IMG/VR virus record: IMGVR_UViG_3300037258_000653
Location: 1,353-65,352 of that record
DNA from: a virus
Taxonomy: Duplodnaviria > Caudoviricetes
Strand: one strand, 5' to 3'
DNA length: 64,000 nt
Of the stretch, positions 8,669 to 18,092 are shown piece by piece. A model generated the notes under the pieces. That model was not told the origin of the DNA. It was given only the letters and a program-made list of their open reading frames with translations, and did no database searches. Both the position numbers and the translations under genes were made by a program. Every line of letters starts with the position of its first letter. Position 1 is the first letter of the stretch.

Positions 8669-9852
8669 ATGAGCGAAACGGAAACCGCGCGCGGCCTGGT
8701 ACGCGACATAGCCCGCGCGGCCAGGGAAATCGACCCTGCGGTCCCGCTGACAGCAGACGGCGACGGGTTCATCCTGCTGACAGCACGCCGGTGCTGGGGA
8801 ACCGACGGCGGCCACAGCCCCGACTTCGCCCGGGCATGCGGCGAAGGGCATGACGGCGACGGCTGGATGGTCAGCGCCTCGGACCAGAACCAGAAGATGC
8901 CAGACAGCCACACGATGTTCCTGTCCGACGCGCACCTTCGCGGCGACCGCCAGGGCCACATCGACGGCGCCGCCACGGCCGCCGCCTCGTACGCGCGCAA
9001 GGCAGCCGCGCTCTCGGGATGGGAAGACACCAGCCACGCGCTGCCCACATGACCCGCGACGAGGCCGTGGAGCGGCAGGAGTGAGCAATCACCAGATACA
9101 CCTGATGGCAGGCGTGAGCGGCGAGGACCAGCTACCCCAGCTCAGCCCGGAAGTCCTCGAGAAGCTCGCCGAGGCCGGCCGCCAGCTCGGCCGGAGCCTG
9201 GAGGGCATGGTCCGGGCCTTCAGCAGGCTGCCAGCCGAAGCGGAGACCGCCGCCAGAACACTCCTGCGGGTTCCCCAGCCCCCTGCTCGGCAGGGTGAGA
9301 CGATGCGGCCATGAGCGAGCAGCCTGACCGGGCCAGGGAACTTCACGACGTCCTCATTGCGATGGGCTCCGCGCTGACCAAGCTCTTCGAGGACGCCCGC
9401 CCAGGATTCCGGGCACTCGCCGAGCTTGCCTCACGGCCGGAAATCCGGGCCGAGCTGCGCCGCCGCGAGGGCCTCCGGCTAGCCCTGGCCGGCGGCTGCC
9501 ACTGCCTGTGCGGCGCCGCCCACCCCGCCGATAGGGGCATCTGCGACGGCAGGCCCGTCACCACGATCCGCCAGCACGATGCGCTCACCGGCACAGTGGA
9601 CGTGCCGGCGTGCCGGCCGTGCGCGACCGCACAGCTCGCCGCGACCGCGCGATGAGCGAGCAGCCGCACCCGGCGCTCAGGATGCCTGAAGCCCAGCGCC
9701 TGGCCAGGATCAGGCTGCGCTGCAAGATCGAGGACGCTATCGGGGCGTGGCGAGACGATGGCCACACCGCCGAGCACGGCATCCTGCACCTGCATGACCC
9801 GAGCGAGGTCAAGGAACTGGCCAGGGCCATCCGGAACGCCCTGCTGGACTGA
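8669..9852 (+). CDS. Four small hypothetical genes (8669-9052, 9081-9314, 9311-9655, 9652-9852)
   Basis: RBSs and ATGA overlaps; 9311-9655 has CHCLC..C..CRPC Zn ligands. Confidence 0.55.
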
Positions 9853-9873
9853 TGCCGGCCCGGCATCCAGCCG

Positions 9874-10668
9874 TTACTCCTCGAACACCATGGCGACGTC
9901 GGCGCCGTGCCCGGACACCTGGACGACCGCCGCGAACACACCGGCGGGCACCTCGACCCAGGCGGAGCCGTGCTCCCAGGTCAGCTGCCGGGTGTCGGTG
10001 CGGCCGCCGTGGAAATCGACGGTCACGTCCCGGCTGTCCTGGCTGGCGAAATGCAGGACCCTCGCCCACCGCGGGATCGCCACGGACCTCTTTCCGCTGG
10101 TCAGCGTCACCATGCCGGCCTCCTTCCGGGCGGACGATTTCTCGGCCTGGCCGAAGAAGTCGTCCGCTAGCAGCGATTCGTCGATGTGAGAGCCGCCGAC
10201 TCCGGCGGCCTGATCCGTCCACTGGGTGCCGTCGCACGCCGGGACGCCTTCCCAGGCGCAGGTGGCCGGCCCGCAGATGTGCTTCCCGGCCGCGTCGGGG
10301 CGCCAGTCGTAGTGCGCGGTCAGCAGCCGGACGCTGGCCCGGCTGATCCCGGCCTTCGCCAGCCCGGCGACGATCTCGGCCATGCCGCTGACCGACCGGT
10401 ACACCACGGGCCGCCACACGCCCCGGCCGAGCTGCCGCGCCACCCAGGGCACGACCTGCGCGGCGGTCAGGTCGCCTGTCTCGCAGTCGCAGCCCTCAGC
10501 GTCCTGGCCGGCCTCGACCGCCATCGACAGCAGGTGCGCCCTGCCGCCGAACCGGGCCACCAGCTCCGGCCAGGTGACATAGTCGCCGAACGGGTAGCCG
10601 AGGTAGGCGTCCGCGCCGTCCGGCAGGTCCGCGACCGTGACCGAGTCGAGCATCTCCAGGCCGGTCAT
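9874..10668 (-). CDS. Endolysin, GH25-like muramidase fold
   Basis: DCETGD, RPVVYRS, TAHYD, TQWTD..IDES motifs; next to membrane genes at the end of the late operon. Confidence 0.75.
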   Translation of the reverse strand: MTGLEMLDSVTVADLPDGADAYLGYPFGDYVTWPELVARFGGRAHLLSMAVEAGQDAEGCDCETGDLTAAQVVPWVARQLGRGVWRPVVYRSVSGMAEIVAGLAKAGISRASVRLLTAHYDWRPDAAGKHICGPATCAWEGVPACDGTQWTDQAAGVGGSHIDESLLADDFFGQAEKSSARKEAGMVTLTSGKRSVAIPRWARVLHFASQDSRDVTVDFHGGRTDTRQLTWEHGSAWVEVPAGVFAAVVQVSGHGADVAMVFEE

Positions 10669-10943
10669 GCCGTCTGCGCGACTTCCCAGTCGGCGGCCAG
10701 GATGTCGCCCTGCGAGGCCGCCCAGGGCGCGAAGTCACCCTGCGCGGTCCGCATCATGAGGTACGGCGCGAACCGGCACACGGTGCCCTCCGGCTGGCCC
10801 GTCGCAGCGGCGGTGTTGCCGTTGATGGCGATGCCATCGGGGTAGCCGGGCTGGTAGGCGACGTACATGTTGCTGCCGTTCCACCCGGGCCGGGTGATCC
10901 GCTGGCCGGACCGCACCGCGGCGAGCGCCTCGCCGAAATCCAT
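10665..10943 (-). CDS. DUF2829 / Tad2-like nucleotide-signal sponge
   Basis: MDFGEAL..G.RI.R.GWNG..MY...PYLMMRTAQG..PWAASQGDILAADW. Confidence 0.85.
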   Translation of the reverse strand: MDFGEALAAVRSGQRITRPGWNGSNMYVAYQPGYPDGIAINGNTAAATGQPEGTVCRFAPYLMMRTAQGDFAPWAASQGDILAADWEVAQTA

Positions 10944-10983
10944 CCCGTTCTCCTTCCTCCGGCCGGGCCGGCTGGCCCGGCTC

Positions 10984-11259
10984 CTATCTGCAGCCCAGCT
11001 TCACGAGGAGCCGCGAGTCATCCTGCTCGCCGATGCGCCGCGCCCGGACCTGCGGCAGCAGCTCCGCCGCCCGCCGGTGCACGGCGAGGTAGTCACAGAA
11101 ATCGCCCTGGATGTCGTTGACCTTCTGCGCGTCAAACAGGAATCCGCAGGCGACCAGCGCGATCAGGATGACCAGCAGCACGGTGAACGCCCGGACCTGC
11201 CCGGCACGCCGCAGCGCCCGCCGGGCGAGCCTGAGCGCCCGGCCTGCGACGGCGGTCAC
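10984..11259 (-). CDS. Membrane protein in the lysis cassette
   Basis: FTVLLVILIALVACGFLF TM segment; GTGA overlap. Confidence 0.55.
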   Translation of the reverse strand: MTAVAGRALRLARRALRRAGQVRAFTVLLVILIALVACGFLFDAQKVNDIQGDFCDYLAVHRRAAELLPQVRARRIGEQDDSRLLVKLGCR

Positions 11260-11705
11260 GGGCGCGGCCTTGCGGGGAAGCCCGGCGCAGGCTGCGGTGC
11301 GGGGCCGGCTGCCAGCTGGCCGCAGCGCAGGTCGCCCAGGACGTCCGTCCAGACGGCGTGCTGGCCCTGGAGGTAGGCGCGCGAGGGGTTCCTGACGGGG
11401 TTGCCGGCGGGCGGCTTCAGCGACGCTGCCAGCCCGAACGTGCTGCACAGCTTCATCTCGAACGCCACGCCCTGGCGGCGCTGCGAGGCCTGGCCGCGCT
11501 GCAGGCCGGCCTCGAACTGCCGTTCCTGCCGCTGGATCTCGGTGCGGGTGGTGCTGGCCTGGTGCGCGGTCCAGCCCAGGCACAGGCCGAACATGGCGAG
11601 CACGACGCCGACGAGGAACAGCAGGTCACCGTGCCGCCGGGCCGCGGCCGCCGCGCCGCCGGCGTGCCGCCGGGCCTGGGCTGCCAGGGCTGCGGGGCGG
11701 CTCAC
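11256..11705 (-). CDS. Membrane protein with coiled coil in the lysis cassette
   Basis: LLFLVGVVLAMFGLCLGW TM segment followed by a Q/R-rich coil. Confidence 0.6.
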   Translation of the reverse strand: MSRPAALAAQARRHAGGAAAAARRHGDLLFLVGVVLAMFGLCLGWTAHQASTTRTEIQRQERQFEAGLQRGQASQRRQGVAFEMKLCSTFGLAASLKPPAGNPVRNPSRAYLQGQHAVWTDVLGDLRCGQLAAGPAPQPAPGFPARPRP

Positions 11706-11949
11706 CGGATGCCGCCGGCAATCGCGGTGGCGATGGCGGCTCCGGCGGCTCCGGCGGAGACGGAGATGACACCCCACCGCCAGAGCCGGACAGCAGTGCT
11801 CTCGCGTGCTCGGCCACCGGCCAGCCGATCAGGCCCAGAGCGGTCGCCAGCAGCACGTCGCTGGGATGAGGGCTGTACACCTGGCTGACGATCACGAAGA
11901 TCGCCAGGCCGGTCAGCAGCACGTCCTTGACTGGCTGCCACCACTTCAC
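11626..11949 (-). CDS. Putative holin-like 2-TM protein
   Basis: Two hydrophobic segments; RBS aaggaggcgag; position upstream of the lysin. Confidence 0.55.
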   Translation of the reverse strand: MKWWQPVKDVLLTGLAIFVIVSQVYSPHPSDVLLATALGLIGWPVAEHARALLSGSGGGVSSPSPPEPPEPPSPPRLPAASGEPPRSPGSPGPAARRRRGGRGPAAR

Positions 11950-11998
11950 CTCGCCTCCTTGCCGTAGGCCCGCGGACCGCGCGGGCGCGGGGCGGCGG

Positions 11999-12502
11999 TC
12001 ATGTCACCCGCCACAGGGACAGGTAGGACTGGGCGTGCACGATGGTCGGGGTGGCGCTGCTGGTGTTCTGCGCCCACTGGAGCTGGAGGGTGCCGCCGGT
12101 GCTGGACATGACCAGCGAGCCGGTCATGGTGACGCCCATCAGCGTCCCGGCGCCGTTGCTGCCGGCCGTCTGCGTGCCCGACCCGGTGCAGGTCGGGCAG
12201 ACGGCGGTGCCCGACAGGTTGACGCACTCTTTCTGGTAGCGCAGCGTCGCGGACCCCGGCGTGGACCAGGTCCACTTGATGTCGCTGGCGCCCTGGGTGC
12301 CGCCCTCGTAGTCGAGGTAGCAGGCGAACAGGTAGGTGGCGGAGGCGACCAGGCTCCGCAGGAGCAGCGCGTTGTCGTTCTGCAGCGTGGTGCTCGAGGT
12401 CACCGGCTCGTCGGCGCCCTTGATCACCGCGAGCGGCGCGATCGACGCCAGCAGGCTGGCGGTGATCCGGGTGCCTGCCTGGATCAGGCCTGACGCGGCC
12501 AA
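11999..12502 (-). CDS. Minor tail protein
   Basis: AGTRITASLL..IKGADEPVTSSTTLQND..LQLQWAQNTSSAT, typical of actinophage tail-tip proteins. Confidence 0.7.
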   Translation of the reverse strand: MAASGLIQAGTRITASLLASIAPLAVIKGADEPVTSSTTLQNDNALLLRSLVASATYLFACYLDYEGGTQGASDIKWTWSTPGSATLRYQKECVNLSGTAVCPTCTGSGTQTAGSNGAGTLMGVTMTGSLVMSSTGGTLQLQWAQNTSSATPTIVHAQSYLSLWRVT

Positions 12503-12518
12503 CGCGTCCTCCTCACGC

Positions 12519-15500
12519 TCATGCGATCGCCTGGACCGGCGGGTAGAACAGGGACAGCGGCGTGCCCGCGGCCTGGGCCTTGATGAGGCCGTTGACGCCG
12601 CGGGTGACGGTCAGGACCTGGGGGCTGGCGGTGCCGGACACGCCGGTCACGGTCATCCGCTCGCCGCCGCACTGGACGTCGAACGGGAAGTCGGCCGCGG
12701 CGGTGGTCCACAGCGGGAGGACCTCGGTCTCGCCGATCGCGGTGATCCCGGCCAGCCGTCCGTCCGAGGCGGACTGGATCATGGTGGAGTTCACGCCGGG
12801 CGAGTTGAAGCGCAGGATGTCGGCGTTGGGCAGGCCGCCCTGGGCGCGGCTGGCGAAGTACTGCTGGATGTAGGCCAGGTAGGCGCTGACCTGGGCGGCG
12901 GAGTAGCCGTCGGCCAGGTCAGCGAGCGACACGTCGTCCACGTAGTGGACCTCGCCGGACGCGGCTGACACGACGGTGGGCTGCGCCCGGCACCAGGCGG
13001 AGTTCGCCGGCGCGGTGACCGTGCAGGACCCCTGCGTCCACCCGGTCGCCGAGTCGGCCACGGTGCTGCCGGACAGCGTGCCGAGCGACGCCCCGGCCGC
13101 ATTATAAAAAGTGACGCCCATCTGCACCGAGCGGGCCGTGGCGGCCGCGCGGAAGAACGCCGCCGCCGCGATGCTGTCGCCGGGCGAGCACGGCATCCCG
13201 TTCGCGGTGATCGCCGCGGCGGTGCTGGACGCGGCCGACATGTTCCCGGCGGCGGACGCGGTCAGCGCCAGGGAGTAGCTGCCGGAGTGGGCCTGGGCGG
13301 ATGACGGCGCGATGGCGCAGTTCCCGGCGGTCGTCCACGTCCCCGCGCTGTTCGGCTCGAATCCGCTGTTCGGCTGGGTCAGGTAGTTGCCGCCGCTGAG
13401 CAGGTCGCCGAATTCCCACAGGGCGAACGGCTTGGGCGGCCTGGCGTTGTTGGCGATCGACGCGGCCAGGTCGAGGCTGTAGCCGTTGACGTAGTTGACG
13501 GCGTAGAAGTCGGTGGCGATCTTGTCGACCCAGGCGTCGCCGGGGTAGTAGCTGTTCTCGCCGTTGTTCGCGACGGCCGACAGCGACGTGCAGAAGACCA
13601 GCGGGTAGTACTGGCGCACCGCCGGGCCGTAGTACTGGATCATGGCGATGTACTGGGCGGCGGTCAGGCCGTTGTAGTAAGGCTCGTGCCACAGGCTGAT
13701 CTCGCAGGTGACGCCGAGGGCCTGCAGGCCGGCGAGCAGCGCCTGGAGGCTGGCCAGGTCGCCGGCGCTGACCGGGCTGAAGGCGGGCTTGAGGTCCAGG
13801 CACAGCTTCGCGCCGCCGGCGGTTTCCTGGGTGTACCGGGAGTGCAGGGTGAAGTCGGACAGGCCGTTGCTGTAGTCGCGGACCGCGGCGAGCGGGACGC
13901 CGGTCCAGGATCCCCACGCGGCCATCGCCGCGGCGATGCCGGAGTACCCCATGCCGGCGTAGTTGAGGTAGGCGCCGGTGGCCAGGCCGCCCGCGCTGGC
14001 GACGAGCAGCTGCGTCGCCGACGCATCCACGCTGGTGTACAGGGCCGCCCCGTCGGTGTCGGCCCGCCCGTACACCGGGTCGTCGAGGATCCCGGTCTCG
14101 TAAGGCGACTCGGGGACGCAGTTCCACTCGAGCTGGAGGAAGAACCCGCCGAGGGACTCGGTGACTCCGGCGGCGAGCTGCCGGATCGTGTTGACCGACG
14201 TCGCCTGCGGCGGGGTGGACAGCCCGATGCAGTCGCCGATCTCGGCGTCCAGGACCTCGTAGAAGATCGAGGAGCACTGCGAGCGGGTCAGGTCGACGGC
14301 GATCGCGGGGAACCGGTCCTCGTCCACGGTGCCCCGGTGCACGAGCCAGCCGGTCATGTCGGGGAGCTGGCCGTCGGCCTGGACGTTGACGTCGTCCTGG
14401 TCGGCGTAGTCCCCGGCGCCGGCCGGCGGCGGGGAGATGCTCCTCGGCGAGCCGTCGTCGAGCTGGAACGTGTAGGTCGCGCCGCTCGTCTGGTTCCCCG
14501 ACGACCCGGTGTCGCGGGTCAGCGTCCAGTCATTCAGGAGGTTCTGGTCGTCGCCGACGGGCGGCTGCCAGCCCTTCCAGCCGAGCTGGCCGCTGGACCA
14601 GTCCACGGTCACCGCGAACGCCTGGTTCAGCAGGCTGGCCAGCGTCCGGTAGCCCAGGGCGTAGCAGCCCCTCGGCTCGAACATCATGCCGAGATCCGCG
14701 TCCTCGCACTGCTGCAGCAGCTCCGGGAGAGTCCCGGCGGGCTGCGCGCCCATCGCCGCCGACACCGCCGGCGCGCCGAATACCCGGGCCGGGATGCCGT
14801 TCTCCGCGCACAGCCGGCCGAACCGGGACCCGGCCGGCTCGCCGTCCCAGGCGTTCAGCGGCTGGTACAGGTCATAGATGGAGTCGGGGGCCGCCTGGAC
14901 GCTGACATGGCCGATGGTCACGCCGTCCAGCGCGGCTGTCGGCGCCGGGGCCACCGCGGTGGCGTTCCCGACGGTGCCCGCGCCCGCGGACCCGGTCCAG
15001 ACGTTCCCGGTCGCCTGCCCCGGGATCAGGGTGGTCAGCGAGAAGTCGACCGTGCCGCCGGAGCCGGGCTGCAGCAGCATCTGCACCCAGACCGGCTGGT
15101 TCAGGATCCCGAAGTTGATGCCGCCGGTGTCGAAGACGACGGCGCCGCCGGCGGCGATGCCGGTCAGGCCGAGCTGCCCGCCGGTGCCGTAGTAGCAGGA
15201 GAATTCCGCGCAGGTGCCGGTGGTGATGACCCGCATGATCCGGGCGCCGTTCGCCGGGGCGGTCTGGGCGTTCATCAAGAAGCGGACCTGGATGCTGCCG
15301 CCGCCGGTGTAGGCGGGGATGACGGCGTAGGCGCTGGCGCCGGGCCCGAACACCGGCAGCGGGCTGGAGCAGGCGAAGCTGGAGTCGTCGGCGAGCTGCG
15401 GGCTGCCGGTGATCTGCATCAGGCCGCCGCCGATCGCCGACCCGAACGCGGTGGCGCCCTGGCTGTCTTCCATCGGCCAGTACCCGACGACCGGGTTCGC

Positions 15501-16631
15501 GGTGAAGGAGGTCGTGGCGCGGCGCAGCGGGCTGTACAGCGGCGCGTCGCCTTGCTGGATGCGGCGCAGGATCCCGCCGCAGGCGTAGGGCACCCACAGG
15601 TCCGTGCCGGTCGAGTCCTGCGCTTTCGGTGCGGAGCTCATCTCGCCGTGGAACCGGTAGGACCGGTTGTCGATGGTCGCGGTGCCGCCGAGCGTCCAGG
15701 TGTTGCCCTGCGCGTCGGCGAAGCTGGTTGTCCCGGCGGGCTGGGCGGTGATCACCGGGTGGGCGGCGACGGTGCCGCCGATGCCCTGCCGGACCTCCAG
15801 CTCGTACACGTCGCCGGTCATGGCGGCCAGGCCGGTGGTGTCGGCGGCGATGTCAGCGGAGTAGCCGATGGCCAGCGGCGCTGCCGAGGACGCGAACACT
15901 GATATCGAGCTGGCGGTGACGGTCTCGCCGAGCTGGGCCCACGGCCCGGTGTCGGCGTCACCCGCCGCGGCCGTCCAGAAGGTGAGGGTGCCGGAGGCCA
16001 TGGCGACGGTGACCCGGACGGCGGTGCGGCCCTGCGGCACGGGCATCGTGCTCGCCGCAGACCACAGGGTGCTGTCGGTGCCGTCCTTGGAGGCACCCAG
16101 CATGAGGGTGCCGTCCTGCTGGACGGCGAGGAACCAGCATCGCTGGTTCCCCGCGAGCTGCCACTGGGCGGCGATCACCGACGCCCAGTAGCCGTCGTAG
16201 ACGGCGGCCGCGTCCGAGGGAGCGGCCCAGCCGGACAGGCGGATGTCGGAGCGGATGTCCAGGTCGCCGGTGACAGCCAGCCCGGAGCCGCCGGGGCACG
16301 ACAGGCCGGACTGGTAGTCGTCCTCGGCCCGCAGCCGCACGGTCTGCCCCGGCACCGATACCCGCACTGGCGTGTTCGCGCCTAGCTGCCCGTACCAGGC
16401 GCCGAGCGGGTACCGGGGGCTGAACCGGCCGTCCCGGTTGTTGACCTGCATGGCCATGGAGCTGGGGGAGATCTGGGAGCCCTCGCCGGGCCGGCCGCGC
16501 TTGATGCTGATCGGCGCGCTGGTGCCCTCCCGCTGGTAGACGCAGGAGGTGATGTCGGTCCAGGCGCCGACCTGGGCCAGCGCGATCGACACCCGGGCGT
16601 CCAGCGGGGCCTGCGGGAACGTGACGGCCAT
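12519..16631 (-). CDS. Large tail-tip/minor tail protein with inserted GH26-like glycosidase and CBM
   Basis: Follows the tape measure/fibre genes; LWHEP, YYPGDAWVD, KPFALWEFG; CBM4/9-like NSGFE..W..AHSGSYSL..YVDDVSL. Confidence 0.85.
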   Translation of the reverse strand: MAVTFPQAPLDARVSIALAQVGAWTDITSCVYQREGTSAPISIKRGRPGEGSQISPSSMAMQVNNRDGRFSPRYPLGAWYGQLGANTPVRVSVPGQTVRLRAEDDYQSGLSCPGGSGLAVTGDLDIRSDIRLSGWAAPSDAAAVYDGYWASVIAAQWQLAGNQRCWFLAVQQDGTLMLGASKDGTDSTLWSAASTMPVPQGRTAVRVTVAMASGTLTFWTAAAGDADTGPWAQLGETVTASSISVFASSAAPLAIGYSADIAADTTGLAAMTGDVYELEVRQGIGGTVAAHPVITAQPAGTTSFADAQGNTWTLGGTATIDNRSYRFHGEMSSAPKAQDSTGTDLWVPYACGGILRRIQQGDAPLYSPLRRATTSFTANPVVGYWPMEDSQGATAFGSAIGGGLMQITGSPQLADDSSFACSSPLPVFGPGASAYAVIPAYTGGGSIQVRFLMNAQTAPANGARIMRVITTGTCAEFSCYYGTGGQLGLTGIAAGGAVVFDTGGINFGILNQPVWVQMLLQPGSGGTVDFSLTTLIPGQATGNVWTGSAGAGTVGNATAVAPAPTAALDGVTIGHVSVQAAPDSIYDLYQPLNAWDGEPAGSRFGRLCAENGIPARVFGAPAVSAAMGAQPAGTLPELLQQCEDADLGMMFEPRGCYALGYRTLASLLNQAFAVTVDWSSGQLGWKGWQPPVGDDQNLLNDWTLTRDTGSSGNQTSGATYTFQLDDGSPRSISPPPAGAGDYADQDDVNVQADGQLPDMTGWLVHRGTVDEDRFPAIAVDLTRSQCSSIFYEVLDAEIGDCIGLSTPPQATSVNTIRQLAAGVTESLGGFFLQLEWNCVPESPYETGILDDPVYGRADTDGAALYTSVDASATQLLVASAGGLATGAYLNYAGMGYSGIAAAMAAWGSWTGVPLAAVRDYSNGLSDFTLHSRYTQETAGGAKLCLDLKPAFSPVSAGDLASLQALLAGLQALGVTCEISLWHEPYYNGLTAAQYIAMIQYYGPAVRQYYPLVFCTSLSAVANNGENSYYPGDAWVDKIATDFYAVNYVNGYSLDLAASIANNARPPKPFALWEFGDLLSGGNYLTQPNSGFEPNSAGTWTTAGNCAIAPSSAQAHSGSYSLALTASAAGNMSAASSTAAAITANGMPCSPGDSIAAAAFFRAAATARSVQMGVTFYNAAGASLGTLSGSTVADSATGWTQGSCTVTAPANSAWCRAQPTVVSAASGEVHYVDDVSLADLADGYSAAQVSAYLAYIQQYFASRAQGGLPNADILRFNSPGVNSTMIQSASDGRLAGITAIGETEVLPLWTTAAADFPFDVQCGGERMTVTGVSGTASPQVLTVTRGVNGLIKAQAAGTPLSLFYPPVQAIA

Positions 16632-16632
16632 G

Positions 16633-18090
16633 TCAGCTGGCCCCCGTCCACACGTTCGTCGCGGCCGCCGTCGACAGCGCGGACGGCGTGAACGACGCTG
16701 GCAGCGACGTCTGCCCGGTGCCGGCGACCGCTGTCCGGGACGCGGCCGCGGCCAGTGCCGCCGCGTCCTGCGGTCCTGACCCGTTGGGCAGCCCGGTGAC
16801 CTTGTGGCCGTTCATCGCGATCGCGCCGGCCATCGTCCCGCCGGCCAGCGGCAGGGAAGCTGCCTCGGCGGCCGACGCGGCGGCGCCCTCGCCGGCCTCG
16901 GCCCGCGTGGTCTCCGTTCCTGCCGCGGACGCCGCCGCGGCCGCCGCGAACGCGTCAGTGGCGATCTTCGTGCTGGTGTCCCCGGCGGACTGCGTCGGCG
17001 CGGTCGGGGCGCCGGTCAGGGCCGGGCTGGACAGCGGGGCCTTCGCTGCCTCGGCTGCCTCGGCGCGCGCGGTCTCGGTGCTGGTCGCCGCGTCGGCGTA
17101 CGCGGTGGTGGCCAGCTGCGTGCTGTCGGTCAGCGGCGCGGCGGTGGGCGCGGTGGGCGTGCCGGTGAGCGCCGGGCTGGCCTTCGCCGCGAGGAGGCCC
17201 TCGGCGGTCTCCGCCCGGCTGGCTTCCCCGGCGGCAGCCGAGGTCGCGAAGCTCTCCGCGGCGGACTGGGCGGCCGAGGCCTGGGAGGCGGCGTAGGTCT
17301 CGGCGGCGGACTGGGCCGCGGCCGCGGCGCCGGCCTGGTCGGCGCCGACGCTGGACCAGGTGAGGACGACGGCGCCGGTCATGCTGTTGACGCTGGCGAC
17401 AGCACCGCCGCCTCCGCCTCCGGATGCGGGCTGCTGCCAGGATCCGTTGCCGTCGGCGTCGGAGGTCCATACGTACCCGGCGGCCGCGCCGTCCTGGTAC
17501 TGGAGCGGCAGGTACTCGACGGGCCCGGCGACGTCGCTGGCTACGGCGAGGGAGGACAGGTAGACGGCGTCGGTGGCGACGGTGCCGCTGCCCGGCGACG
17601 TCGAGGCGATCGCGGGGCCGCCGGGGGTGGCGGCCACGCTGAACGATGTCCCGGACGGGCTGACGACGTAGTAGGTGGCGCCGGCGGCCAGGCCGCCGGG
17701 CAGGCTGTCGCCGGTCAGGGCGACCATGGCGCCGGCCTGGTAGGAGCTGCCGGCCGCGGTGAGCACGCACGGGGCGCCCTGGGTGGCGGTGAAGCTGAGC
17801 GGCGCGGCGGGCAGGAAGAACGGCCAGCCGGCGGGGTCGCCGGGGACGCCGCTGAAGCTGATGCTCCAGCCCCACCCGGACGGGGACATGCCGCCGGTGT
17901 CGGTGGCCAGGAGCTTGACCTGCGGCGGCGCGGCCGGGCGGAACACCGCGGGGACGGGCGCCTGGGTGTAGATCCCGCCGCCGGGCTCGGTGATCTGCGC
18001 GGAGGGGGCGAGAGCGGCGGCCCCGGAGATGACCGGGGCGCCGGTGCCGTCGTACAGGTCGCAGATCAGGGTCACGTAGCTCAGCGGCAT
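16633..18090 (-). CDS. Tail fibre-like protein
   Basis: VASVNSMTGAVVL; two SPALTG.PTAPT..D.ST..AT repeats; LPLAGGTMAGAIAM..KVTGL. Confidence 0.8.
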   Translation of the reverse strand: MPLSYVTLICDLYDGTGAPVISGAAALAPSAQITEPGGGIYTQAPVPAVFRPAAPPQVKLLATDTGGMSPSGWGWSISFSGVPGDPAGWPFFLPAAPLSFTATQGAPCVLTAAGSSYQAGAMVALTGDSLPGGLAAGATYYVVSPSGTSFSVAATPGGPAIASTSPGSGTVATDAVYLSSLAVASDVAGPVEYLPLQYQDGAAAGYVWTSDADGNGSWQQPASGGGGGGAVASVNSMTGAVVLTWSSVGADQAGAAAAAQSAAETYAASQASAAQSAAESFATSAAAGEASRAETAEGLLAAKASPALTGTPTAPTAAPLTDSTQLATTAYADAATSTETARAEAAEAAKAPLSSPALTGAPTAPTQSAGDTSTKIATDAFAAAAAASAAGTETTRAEAGEGAAASAAEAASLPLAGGTMAGAIAMNGHKVTGLPNGSGPQDAAALAAAASRTAVAGTGQTSLPASFTPSALSTAAATNVWTGAS

Positions 18091-18092
18091 GG

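Noticed and set aside
13686-15902. Long antisense and alternate-frame ORFs (also 18411-19940, 30193-31926, 31839-33377 and the 5' part of 16633-20466)
   Set aside because: Shadow ORFs of high-GC3 genes; Arg/Gly/Pro-rich or antisense to clear genes
12519-18090. Diversity-generating retroelement acting on tail genes
   Set aside because: No reverse transcriptase and no template/variable repeat pair differing only at adenines
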